Shown here: positions 52,484-62,124 of the stretch, in pieces
Numbering within the stretch: position 1 is the stretch's first letter
Layout: each line of letters starts with the position of its first letter
IMG/VR virus record: IMGVR_UViG_3300021963_000035
Coordinates: 32,001 to 96,000 of that record
DNA length: 64,000 bases
From: a virus
Direction: 5' to 3' (one strand)
Position numbers and translations under genes: made by a program
The notes under the pieces: generated by a model
The model's database searches: none
Seen by the model: the letters and a program-made list of their open reading frames with translations, nothing else
What the model was told of the DNA's origin: nothing

Positions 52484-55400
52484 ATGGCAAAAAGAAAAAT
52501 AGACAGTTACATATTTGCACCAGGAACATCGACAAATTCTAATGCATACCCTAATGCTTATGCTTTATTATTAGCAAACAGAAGTTATCTCCTAGCAGAG
52601 TCAACTGCCTACATACAGAATCAAATTTCTAATAATGTTCCTGCTTTTGTAGGATTTAATTATGATCCAGTGAAGTGCCAAAGAGACACTGGATATGTGA
52701 TTGATGCATATCTTAATGATCTACGTTACGGCGGTAACAGGCAGACTAGAGAAGTAGTATCTTATTATTGGGATGGTACTACTCCTCAAATCGGAGGCAC
52801 AAGAGCACCAGAGATAGCAGTTTACAATTGGTTAATTGGTGTTATAAACACATACATATTAACCAAAACTCTAGCACCTTCATATCAATTTTCTGTAGTA
52901 CAGACAACAACAGGTTCGGCAGCTGAGGGCGGAGCTTCTGCAAGACTTACGACACTGAATACTATCACAGTTAATGTTATTACTAATGGACTATCTTCTT
53001 TGCCTGCATTGGTAAATGGTGTAGGAACATTAAAGATCCCAGAAAAGATCGATCTCGAAAATTTCTTATTGATCTCTAATGTAACAAAAAATGCTATCAT
53101 GTATGATTTCACTGATCCTACAGTGGGAATTACGGTTGATATCAAAGCATCTAAAGATGAAAATTTTCCTACTGCTTTACAAGGTAACGATGGATTTACA
53201 GTTGTACATTTTGTAACAGATACTTCGACCTATTCTTCGGACGACGAGATACAGATATTTGTAGAGAATAAAGAACAGATCACAAGACCTTGGAATTTTG
53301 GTACAGATGCGATCGAACGTATGCGTGTAGCTGCTCCACAGGCTATGATTGACGCTGACTTTGAATATGGATTACAGCCGACTAAGTGGCAGGCTATTAC
53401 ATCAAACAGAGGATATCCATCTACATTTGAAATTCCAGGTAGCGATTTAATTGTTACCGATGTTAGAACAGACGCTTCAACAGGATCTAATAATATTGGA
53501 CCTAGTCTAATCACCGTTACAACCAGCTCCCCTCACTTTTTGATTGCGGGCCAACCTATTACCATTAAAGCATTAGCATCAACTGTTTTAGGTTTTAGTC
53601 GAGCTGAAGGTACTTTTATTGTTAACACAGTACCTACTGCAACAAGCTTTACATATTATGCAAAATCTAAAGTAGGAACAGTTGATCAGGAAGTTGTAGC
53701 AACATCATACACTCAGCTAAGACGTGCAGGTTTTTACACTGGTGCTAGCTTAGGATCGGCTGCATTTACGGTTGATAGTCCCGGCAGCAGTGGTACAATC
53801 ACTGCCAGTTTAAATGTTCCATCGGGAGCCAGCATTATTCCGTTTACTGGCACAGCGCCTCCCGTTAATGCTCCTATTACTTCGGCAACGAATATTACTG
53901 CTGGTACTCAGTTTACATCTATATTAGGAAGTGGCGGCACAGTAACTACTAAAACTATCGCAGAAAATAGCCAGATAGGTGATAATAGTATTACAATAGA
54001 TAATGTTACCAATGTTCAAACTGGTCTAGTGGTTAACAACGGAACAGGATCTTCCGCAGCAGTTACTAGCGTGGTGGGAAATGTTGTGACACTTAATTCA
54101 CCGATCACTGCATTTAGACAAGGTATTAGCGGAACATATACTGGAATTTCTGGTACCAGCATAGGTACTCTAGGAACAGGATTAAGCCTTAACTTGTATA
54201 ATTCTGCTGGAACGTATTCACTATTAACTTTTAATAATCAAGGAACAGGTTATTCTGTTAACGATGTATTGGAGATTTCCGGTACTTCTGTTAATGTGTA
54301 TGAAACTACTCAGTTGTTAATGCACTTTGACGGCGGTAATAATTCTACAGTATTCTTAGATGAGACTGGAAAAACTTTTACATTATTCGGAAATGCTGTA
54401 GTATCTACTACTCAGAGCGTTTTTGGGGGTTCTAGTTTTAGAGTTAATAATACTCTAGGAGCAACACCGGCCGCCGGTTATATTACTACTGCTACAACAA
54501 ATAAATTACGATTAGGTATTAGTGATTACACCATTGAATTTAGAATAAGAATAACTACCGGTGGAAATGATCAGGCTATTTTAGATTTTAGATCACAGGC
54601 AGTCGATAACGCTTTATTAATTGGATTAACAAATTCTAACGCGGTATATGTATATTCTAACGGTGCAATAGTTGCCCAAGGTGGCTCTGCTCTAGCCCTA
54701 AATACTTGGTATCATGTAGCAGTAAGCAGAGCCAACGGTGACATTACTATTGCGCTTAATGGAGCTAACGACAATTTAGCTGGCCCATATACTGATACAA
54801 ACAATTATAATATAGATGTTCCTTTAAGAATTGGTGCCGATTACAGCGGACAGTATGGTGCCGCAGCATTCGTAGACGAAGTCAGAATTACCTTAGGTGT
54901 AACTAGATATCCAACATATCCGTTTACAATTCCAGCAAGTGCGTTTGGCCCAGATTCAGTTGGTACTACCAGCAATGGTGCTATCATCAGAGTAACCGGA
55001 ATAGGCCCATCTGGAGAAGTTGCTACTATACAGACATTGAATACTGGCACCGCACCAGGAAATAGTGGTCAAGAATACTATTACCTAAGTCCAACCCCGA
55101 TACCTGGTCAAGGTTCAGGTGCGGTCTTTACAGTTAGAAGACAATCAGGAACATATTCTGTAGTAGCAGTAACTACTCCAGGTACTAATTATCAATCAAA
55201 CAATAAAATACGAGTGTTAGGTACTGCTCTAGGAGGAGCAACCCCGGCGAACGATTTAGTCATTGAAGTTGGAGTAGTTCTAGGTACAGGAGTTTCTACT
55301 GCTAGTGCATTTAGCGGAACAGCATCAACCACAGGCACTTCTTTAGCATTTTTATCGTCGGTGTCATTGAATGCCGTAACAACTGGTGCTATTACCAGTG

Positions 55401-57976
55401 GGGCAACGATCACTTACGGTTCTCTAGCAAGAATACTAGTAAGTCTAGGATCAGCTCACGGGTTATTGCCAGGAAACGCTATTTCTACAGTTATTACATC
55501 CGCCGGAACAAATCATCAATTAGCAGCCGGACCTTTCTTTGTTGAAGAAGTGCCTAATCCTCAGACATTGAAATATAGTTGTAGAACTACCGGTACAGTT
55601 CAGGCTGGTTTAACTGGAATACTTTATCCTAGATCAGACGGATTCTTCGTACATAGACCTTACGACGGTGGTGTTCAATTAGGTACCGGTGGCCCACAAC
55701 ACGGCGCACAGGCGATTCGTATGAGTAAAAAATACATACGTTACCAGTCTGGTAAGGGAGCTATGTATAACACTGGTGCATTATTTGCTCCGAGCTATGA
55801 TCTAAGATCCGCAACGGCTAGTGGATTAACAATAGGAAGTACTATAACATTTGTAGTAGATGATAATGATCACGGATTACAAGTTGGCGCTATAATTAAT
55901 GTAACAGGAATAGTGAGTTTAGGATATAATGGAACATATACAGTTTCAGAAATTATAGATGAAAGAACTTTTAGAGTTATTACTTCTACAACCTTAAGAA
56001 CTACTAGCGCAGTGTTGGGAGCTCAAAGTCAGATTTCTTGTAAATTCTGGCACGGATCAGTTGTTCGTTCTGGACCGTTTGACGATCAAAATGGTATTTT
56101 CTTTGAATATGACGGAACCCAGCTAGCAGTTGTTAAAAGGTCTAGCACTTTCCAGTTAGCAGGTACTGCTTCTATAAATGTAGATTCGAACTCATTGATC
56201 GGAACCAATACTCGTTTTCTAGATCAACTAAAAGTTGGTGATAGAATCGTTATTAAAGGAATGACTCACGTAGTTAGCCAGGTTAATAGTCAGACCAACA
56301 TAGCGGTTACTCCTGATTACAGGGGAACATCAAATGCTGTTAATGCCAAAATCTGTCTAACACAAGATCTTAAGATCCCTCAGAGTCAATGGAATCTTGA
56401 TCGTTGTGACGGAACTGGTCCTAGCAGATATGTCGTAGATGTTACAAAAATGCAGATGATCGGCATACAGTTTAGCTGGTATGGTGCTGGTTTTATTGAT
56501 TGGATGTTTAGAGGTCCAAAAGGAGACTACGTATTCTGCCATAGACTAAAAGGCAACAACGTTAATACTGAAGCATATATGCGTACTGGTAACTTGCCTG
56601 TACGTTATGAAGTTCTTAATGAAGGTGCTAGAACTAGATTAGCCAGTGCAATGACTAACAGTCAAACTACTATGTCATTAGAAGATGGATCATTCTTCCC
56701 TAATGTTGGAACTGTGTATTGTGAAAACGAATTGATTAGTTATAGTGCTAAATCTGGAAATACACTTACAGGGTTAGTTAGATCGGCTAGCTTAACTAAC
56801 TTTGCAGCAGGTGCTCAAAGATCTTATACAGCAGGTCCGGCTGCTACTCACGCTGTAAATTCGGGAGTTATTTTAGCATCAGTTACTAACAGTCCACTGA
56901 TTAGCCACTGGGGTAGTGCTTACCTAATTGACGGTGGATTTGATAGCGATCGTGGATATCTGTTTAACTATCAGTTAACATCTTTCAGTGCTACAACCGC
57001 TAAACAGTGTGCATTCCTTATTAGGTTAGCTCCTAGTGTTTCTAATGCAGTGCCGGGAGATTTAGGTGAACGTGAATTACTTAATCGTTCTCAGTTATTG
57101 CTAAAATCAATTGAGGTTATTGGCGGTACTAGCGGCCAGACAATTGTTGTTGAAGGTGTATTAAATCCACAAAATTACCCAACTAACAGTGCGGTATTTA
57201 CAGGTTCAATCAGCGGAACAACATTAACTGTAACAGCAATGAACAGTGGTGTTATCGTTGTAGGTCAAACATTAACTGGTGGCGGCAGCCCTTCTATTAC
57301 CCCAACATTGACAATAACAGCATTGGGTACTGGATCGGGTGGAGTCGGAACATATACTGTTTCGTCTAGCCAAACAGTTGGTATTGGAACAATATTTGCA
57401 AGTCCATCAACTGTAAACTGGTTTGCCCTGAACAACGCAGCGCAAGGTGGTCTACCGTCGTTCTGTCAAATCGCATTGGGATCTGATACAAGTTTTGAAG
57501 GTGCTGGAACTACTGTTACCGCAGCATTAACGAGTAACTTGCAAAGTGGTAGAACTACAGCTCAGTTCTCTAATGCATCGGTGGCAGCTGTACAGGTTGG
57601 TTGGACAGCAACATCGGCTGCAAGCATACCATCTGGTACTGCGGTAACTAGAGTTCAGATCGATACTCCAACTTCGGGCACCACATCTATCACACTTAGC
57701 AAAGCGGCAACTGGCACCATAACATCGACTACAAACTTTTCATTTAGTGCTCCGGGATATGCGAACCCAGGTGAACAGGTATTTGCGTTCGCTGCTAACA
57801 CAGGTGACCGTCAGATTCTAGAATTATCAGATTTGAAAGAATTAACTAACTCTGCGGTTGGTGGTAGAGGAGCGTTCCCGAATGGTCCAGACGTATTGGC
57901 TATTAATGCTTTCGTCACTAGCGGTGCAGCAAACACTGTGTCGTTGTTGCTACGTTGGTCAGAAGCTCAAGCTTGA
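52484..57976 (+). CDS. Giant virion structural protein (1830 aa) with a LamG/concanavalin A-like domain
   Basis: LLMHFDG.N.ST.F.DE, DYTIEFRI, NTWYHVAVSR, VDEVRIT.GV.RY; shares its scaffold with the 2890 aa protein. Confidence 0.75.
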   Translation: MAKRKIDSYIFAPGTSTNSNAYPNAYALLLANRSYLLAESTAYIQNQISNNVPAFVGFNYDPVKCQRDTGYVIDAYLNDLRYGGNRQTREVVSYYWDGTTPQIGGTRAPEIAVYNWLIGVINTYILTKTLAPSYQFSVVQTTTGSAAEGGASARLTTLNTITVNVITNGLSSLPALVNGVGTLKIPEKIDLENFLLISNVTKNAIMYDFTDPTVGITVDIKASKDENFPTALQGNDGFTVVHFVTDTSTYSSDDEIQIFVENKEQITRPWNFGTDAIERMRVAAPQAMIDADFEYGLQPTKWQAITSNRGYPSTFEIPGSDLIVTDVRTDASTGSNNIGPSLITVTTSSPHFLIAGQPITIKALASTVLGFSRAEGTFIVNTVPTATSFTYYAKSKVGTVDQEVVATSYTQLRRAGFYTGASLGSAAFTVDSPGSSGTITASLNVPSGASIIPFTGTAPPVNAPITSATNITAGTQFTSILGSGGTVTTKTIAENSQIGDNSITIDNVTNVQTGLVVNNGTGSSAAVTSVVGNVVTLNSPITAFRQGISGTYTGISGTSIGTLGTGLSLNLYNSAGTYSLLTFNNQGTGYSVNDVLEISGTSVNVYETTQLLMHFDGGNNSTVFLDETGKTFTLFGNAVVSTTQSVFGGSSFRVNNTLGATPAAGYITTATTNKLRLGISDYTIEFRIRITTGGNDQAILDFRSQAVDNALLIGLTNSNAVYVYSNGAIVAQGGSALALNTWYHVAVSRANGDITIALNGANDNLAGPYTDTNNYNIDVPLRIGADYSGQYGAAAFVDEVRITLGVTRYPTYPFTIPASAFGPDSVGTTSNGAIIRVTGIGPSGEVATIQTLNTGTAPGNSGQEYYYLSPTPIPGQGSGAVFTVRRQSGTYSVVAVTTPGTNYQSNNKIRVLGTALGGATPANDLVIEVGVVLGTGVSTASAFSGTASTTGTSLAFLSSVSLNAVTTGAITSGATITYGSLARILVSLGSAHGLLPGNAISTVITSAGTNHQLAAGPFFVEEVPNPQTLKYSCRTTGTVQAGLTGILYPRSDGFFVHRPYDGGVQLGTGGPQHGAQAIRMSKKYIRYQSGKGAMYNTGALFAPSYDLRSATASGLTIGSTITFVVDDNDHGLQVGAIINVTGIVSLGYNGTYTVSEIIDERTFRVITSTTLRTTSAVLGAQSQISCKFWHGSVVRSGPFDDQNGIFFEYDGTQLAVVKRSSTFQLAGTASINVDSNSLIGTNTRFLDQLKVGDRIVIKGMTHVVSQVNSQTNIAVTPDYRGTSNAVNAKICLTQDLKIPQSQWNLDRCDGTGPSRYVVDVTKMQMIGIQFSWYGAGFIDWMFRGPKGDYVFCHRLKGNNVNTEAYMRTGNLPVRYEVLNEGARTRLASAMTNSQTTMSLEDGSFFPNVGTVYCENELISYSAKSGNTLTGLVRSASLTNFAAGAQRSYTAGPAATHAVNSGVILASVTNSPLISHWGSAYLIDGGFDSDRGYLFNYQLTSFSATTAKQCAFLIRLAPSVSNAVPGDLGERELLNRSQLLLKSIEVIGGTSGQTIVVEGVLNPQNYPTNSAVFTGSISGTTLTVTAMNSGVIVVGQTLTGGGSPSITPTLTITALGTGSGGVGTYTVSSSQTVGIGTIFASPSTVNWFALNNAAQGGLPSFCQIALGSDTSFEGAGTTVTAALTSNLQSGRTTAQFSNASVAAVQVGWTATSAASIPSGTAVTRVQIDTPTSGTTSITLSKAATGTITSTTNFSFSAPGYANPGEQVFAFAANTGDRQILELSDLKELTNSAVGGRGAFPNGPDVLAINAFVTSGAANTVSLLLRWSEAQA

Positions 57977-58233
57977 TTACAGAGAGATTCGAGTTGGTAT
58001 CGAATCTCTCTTAATTTATGTCCATGTTCCTGGTGTTGTGGCATAAAGACCTTTATGTCACCGATGACCACGTTATGGAAGAAATAATCTAGTTCTTTAG
58101 CCTGTGCTAAGAATTGATTATAAAGAGATTCTGCTTTATCTTTTATATTTTCGTCTGTACATTCTTGTATAAATTTTTTATACTTTTCACAGTCTCTTTC
58201 AAATAGTTTATTTCTAGAAATACTAGTCGACAT
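57967..58233 (-). CDS. Hypothetical protein (88 aa)
   Basis: Overlaps the upstream gene's stop; last gene of the gp14-gp15 operon. Confidence 0.6.
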   Translation of the reverse strand: MSTSISRNKLFERDCEKYKKFIQECTDENIKDKAESLYNQFLAQAKELDYFFHNVVIGDIKVFMPQHQEHGHKLREIRYQLESLCNQA

Positions 58234-58615
58234 AATTCCTACTCATTACTAATATAGTTTCAATTTTACTTCTGATTAAAGAATTATTTAAGGTTGTTTT
58301 TAATCCCGTGTGTAGATTTTTAGGTAAATCGTCTAAGTCAGCCCAACATATAGTATTAATTTTAGTAGTCAAAAATTCACAGTCTACTAAGCAGATGTAA
58401 GTACTGTATTCGAACCCTCGATCTTCACTCAAATAAAGTTCGATTGGTATTATCCTACCTTCGCTGCCCTTAAAGCTAACTATCAATTCTTTTGCATCAT
58501 CAAGTAAATTTGATTGATGTTCAAATGTAGGAACAGTCCACTTTAGATTTTCGTGGATTAGCAGTATTCTTTGGGTTTGACTAGAAAGAAAAAGTATACC
58601 TGCACGTTTTTGCAT
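58223..58615 (-). CDS. Degenerate NUDIX-fold protein
   Basis: AGILFL...T.RILL N-terminus and W..LDDLP..LH.GL C-terminus, but no REUXEE box. Confidence 0.55.
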   Translation of the reverse strand: MQKRAGILFLSSQTQRILLIHENLKWTVPTFEHQSNLLDDAKELIVSFKGSEGRIIPIELYLSEDRGFEYSTYICLVDCEFLTTKINTICWADLDDLPKNLHTGLKTTLNNSLIRSKIETILVMSRNYVD

Positions 58616-58626
58616 GTAGATACTTA

Positions 58627-60072
58627 TTAAGGATTCATAACAAAGCGCCAGTATCCGGCAGTGTATTCGCCTTCAAAACTCTTAAGCCACTGTTCCCCGT
58701 CCCACTTATACTGTATTCCAGTTGTAAGATTTTGAACATAAACCGGAGGAGTTAAATTATTACCTTGACTATTAAAGATTATAGTCCAGGAACTGCCATT
58801 CCATTCGATAATATCATTAGCGTTCGCACGTAGATTACCCCAGGCATATACTCCTGGCAACAAACTTTCGCCAGCGCCTGTCGGGACTCCATCTTGATCA
58901 CTATCATAAAATCCTACTGAGGGATTAATATCTTCTAAGATTAAAAATCTCGTACCCACAGCCGATCCTCTCGGATTAAATTTAATAGGATCGATAATAG
59001 CATCGATTGTAGTTCTTCCTGAAATAATAGTGTTAGATGGTTTATCTTCTATGGTCACAAGTAGATAGGTACTGTCAACTTCATTGATAACAAACGTTCC
59101 TCTTAATTCGTTACCGTTAGGTTGTAGGAAGAAGATCTGGCTAATTCCTGGTTGATAGGCTTCGTGTTGATCTAGGATTAGATGCCAATCTAGCCTATCT
59201 CCCATGCGTTGAGGAACATCTAATCCTAAATTCTTAACTGCTTCGTGAGCATCTAATAAACTCAAATCATAATCATTAGATTGTCCATTGTTGCTTTTGA
59301 GTAACAATACACCAAAATTACTAGGTGTGGTGATAACTTTAGAGTTAGGGTTACCGTTATACACAAGATTGTTAATGTTAATAACATCTCCATCCTCACT
59401 GAAGATATTCATTATAACACTCTTTACAACACCTAATTGTTTTACTTTTGCAGGGGGAGTGATGTATATAGGCATAGAACAATCTATAGAGCAAATATCA
59501 ATATCGTTTTCTGTACCTTGAGGAATAGTTCTGCTTGAAAAAATTATGCTGTTTAGATCAACAACACTAAGGCTAGTCCAATCTATGTAGTTGTCTGTGG
59601 TTTGTATTTCTAAACTAGGATTAAACAACACTAACATTTGTTCTAACAACTGTAATTTTTGATCAGTATTCGAAGTCCAAATATCTGCCTTCATTGATAG
59701 TTTGTAAGGAGTTGGCATTAATCGTTCAATGGTATAGTTTGCTCCTTGAGAATTTCCGTAAATAGGATCTCCATTATTATCGAAACTATCATACTGCCTT
59801 TCTCGCAAATTCATCTTACTGACAAAACTAGCATCTGCTAGTCTTGACGTATCGAGTTCTAAATTACTGATGTAGCAGCTTATTCTCGGCACCGATGGCA
59901 TCTTATTTTCTGAATTATCTTTGATTATCGACGCAACTGATCTAGATAAATCCCCGTACATTACAGGAACGTGGCGCAGCTCTCCATCGCCGGATTTATA
60001 TTTGAAACCGATGAAAATACGCATAAACTGTGTTACGTATCTTCTTATTTGCCCGTCGTAAAAGAAATCCAT
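58627..60072 (-). CDS. gp15: Tail sheath stabiliser / tail completion protein
   Basis: FFYD.QIRRY..QF, VPVMYG, MPTPY.L....DIW..NTDQ.LQLLEQ.L..FNP. Confidence 0.88.
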   Translation of the reverse strand: MDFFYDGQIRRYVTQFMRIFIGFKYKSGDGELRHVPVMYGDLSRSVASIIKDNSENKMPSVPRISCYISNLELDTSRLADASFVSKMNLRERQYDSFDNNGDPIYGNSQGANYTIERLMPTPYKLSMKADIWTSNTDQKLQLLEQMLVLFNPSLEIQTTDNYIDWTSLSVVDLNSIIFSSRTIPQGTENDIDICSIDCSMPIYITPPAKVKQLGVVKSVIMNIFSEDGDVININNLVYNGNPNSKVITTPSNFGVLLLKSNNGQSNDYDLSLLDAHEAVKNLGLDVPQRMGDRLDWHLILDQHEAYQPGISQIFFLQPNGNELRGTFVINEVDSTYLLVTIEDKPSNTIISGRTTIDAIIDPIKFNPRGSAVGTRFLILEDINPSVGFYDSDQDGVPTGAGESLLPGVYAWGNLRANANDIIEWNGSSWTIIFNSQGNNLTPPVYVQNLTTGIQYKWDGEQWLKSFEGEYTAGYWRFVMNP

Positions 60073-61274
60073 TAATTATCTGCCTTTGGTCTTAGTGCTT
60101 TGCTCAAGCTTTGTTTTTCATTGATTTGTTTACCATTGATCGTGTTTACTGTTGTGTTATTAATAAATGTTGATCGTTGATTAGTTCTTGTAGGTTTGCC
60201 CTCAAAGCGTTCTCCTGACACTACATCAGATGGTCCTAAGTTACTCATCGTAGTTCTTACACTATCTTCTACCTTGATCCAAATAGAGCCATTATATCGG
60301 AACAATCTATTAGGAAGATAATCTGTTCGTAAACAATAATCACCCGGTTGTGCAGTTAACGGAAATGAAATTCCACTAGTAAATGGAGCACCATTGGGCG
60401 GAAAATCATTTCCAATCAGGTACCCATCATAACCTTGTTTTACTGCATTTTCTATAACAACACTGGCATCTAATGTACTTGATGAAGCATCTATAGTTTC
60501 GGCATCAGCAGTCAGCAGTTCGGGTCTACCGTCATCTCCAGTTTGCAATGTATAGAATTGAACAGTTTCATATCCGCTCAAAGGAGCATCCGCCTCAGCC
60601 TGATCTAAAACAGCTTTAGTGATCTGCATTTCTTTTTCGTAAGTAGACATAATGTCTCGAAGAGATTGAGTACTTCCCTCTTCGGCTGCACCATCTAAAA
60701 TCTGTTTAAATTCTTGGCTGTCTACTAACGGTGTGCATTTTGCTCTGTATAAGTGAGGATACCATGTTGCCGAAAATCCTTCAGCAGCTCTAGTTACATC
60801 TTGAATTACATAAAATCTCTTGAGAGCAAATTTAAAATCATTTAATGCATTGTAATCTTTTAAGTGTGGTAATTCAATAACATCACCACTCATAAGTTTT
60901 CTACCTATTTTTTCTACAGTATCGTTGATATGAAAAGTTATAAAAATCGTGTCGTTCTGCAAAAATAAACCAAATTGACTTAGATTAAAATCTAAATCTT
61001 GTATGTTATAAACACCCCTTAACACATACACATCGGGAGAATATTTGCGATCTCTATTTTCTAAAAACAGTAGATCTTGTATTTGAGTTTCTGTAGTATT
61101 TCCACCGTAATTTGGTATAGTGGGAGAATTTTCTCCCGCTGGAACGGCGCCCGGCCCTAAATACTTGTGTACAAAAACGTCAGTACCGCCCACCTGGAAC
61201 ATTTCCCAGATAGTTTTATCGAAAAATTTATAGTCGTTACCGCGTTCGGGGCGATATAATGAAAGTCTTGGCAT
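60072..61274 (-). CDS. gp14: Neck protein gp14-like (start moved to ATG 61274)
   Basis: MPRLSLYRPERGNDY start, DLLFLENRDRKY, LSQFGLFL..D, GDVIELPHL. The track's 5' extension overlaps gp13. Confidence 0.8.
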   Translation of the reverse strand: MPRLSLYRPERGNDYKFFDKTIWEMFQVGGTDVFVHKYLGPGAVPAGENSPTIPNYGGNTTETQIQDLLFLENRDRKYSPDVYVLRGVYNIQDLDFNLSQFGLFLQNDTIFITFHINDTVEKIGRKLMSGDVIELPHLKDYNALNDFKFALKRFYVIQDVTRAAEGFSATWYPHLYRAKCTPLVDSQEFKQILDGAAEEGSTQSLRDIMSTYEKEMQITKAVLDQAEADAPLSGYETVQFYTLQTGDDGRPELLTADAETIDASSSTLDASVVIENAVKQGYDGYLIGNDFPPNGAPFTSGISFPLTAQPGDYCLRTDYLPNRLFRYNGSIWIKVEDSVRTTMSNLGPSDVVSGERFEGKPTRTNQRSTFINNTTVNTINGKQINEKQSLSKALRPKADN

Positions 61275-61281
61275 AGTTATA

Positions 61282-61302
61282 TATTTACCGCTACGATAAA
61301 TA
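61282..61302. promoter_or_regulatory. Back-to-back late promoters for gp14 and gp13
   Basis: TAAATA on minus at 61282-61287 and on plus at 61297-61302, in a 33 nt gap. Confidence 0.75.
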
Positions 61303-61307
61303 CTTGT

Positions 61308-62066
61308 ATGAGCCAAATTGATCAAGACAAACAAGCGGTCTACGACTATTGCAAAGCCATGCTGGGCGACGGCATGATCGATATAGAATTGGACCCAATC
61401 CATTATGAAACAGCACTTAGTCGTGCTCTAGCGGTTTTCCGTCAACGCAGCGATAATGCTGTAGAGGAAAGCATGGTATTTCTTACAATGGAAACGGACA
61501 AAAACGAGTACATACTTCCAAAAGAAATACAGCAAGTAAGACAAGTTTTTCGAAGAAGCATAGGCAGCAGAAGCGGTGGTGGCGGTGGTGGCACTGTATT
61601 TGAGCCGTTTAATTTGGCATACACTAACACCTATCTTTTAAGCTCTACTAACATGGGCGGACTTGCAACATATGATCTATTTGCCCAGTATCAAGAACAA
61701 GTAGGTCGAATGTTTGGTTCTTTTATTAATTTTCACTGGATCCCTCAAAGTAGAAAATTAGTCATCCAGCAGCGTCCTAGGAGTAATGAAGAAATAATGC
61801 TATGGGTGTATAACACCAGACCTGATAGTGCTATAATACAAGACACTTACTCCGGACAATGGATCAAAGATTATGCACTGGCTAACTGTAAAATGATGCT
61901 AGGGCAAGCTCGTGAAAAGTTTGGTCAGATCGCTGGCCCACAAGGCGGAACACAATTGAACGGTGCTAGTTTAAAACAAGAAGCACAAGCTGACCTCGAA
62001 CGGCTGACCTTAGAGTTGGTAAATCTAGTTCCTGGCGGTATTGGTTATACATTCATTATCGGTTAA
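61308..62066 (+). CDS. gp13: Neck protein gp13-like
   Basis: DYC...LG...IDIEL, WIKDYALA..K..LG..R.KF..I.GP.GG..LNG. Confidence 0.9.
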   Translation: MSQIDQDKQAVYDYCKAMLGDGMIDIELDPIHYETALSRALAVFRQRSDNAVEESMVFLTMETDKNEYILPKEIQQVRQVFRRSIGSRSGGGGGGTVFEPFNLAYTNTYLLSSTNMGGLATYDLFAQYQEQVGRMFGSFINFHWIPQSRKLVIQQRPRSNEEIMLWVYNTRPDSAIIQDTYSGQWIKDYALANCKMMLGQAREKFGQIAGPQGGTQLNGASLKQEAQADLERLTLELVNLVPGGIGYTFIIG

Positions 62067-62073
62067 TTCAGGT

Positions 62074-62103
62074 TTGACCTAACACAAATTTTTCTAGTAT
62101 ACT
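62074..62103 (+). promoter_or_regulatory. Sigma70-type promoter for the dNMP kinase gene
   Basis: TTGACC-18 nt-TATACT, then SD GGAG. Confidence 0.6.
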
Positions 62104-62124
62104 TACACTATCACTGGAGAATTT

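Noticed and set aside
61275-61403. N-terminal extension of gp14 given in the ORF track
   Set aside because: It overlaps gp13 antisense and the promoter pair; ATG 61274 follows TAAATA.
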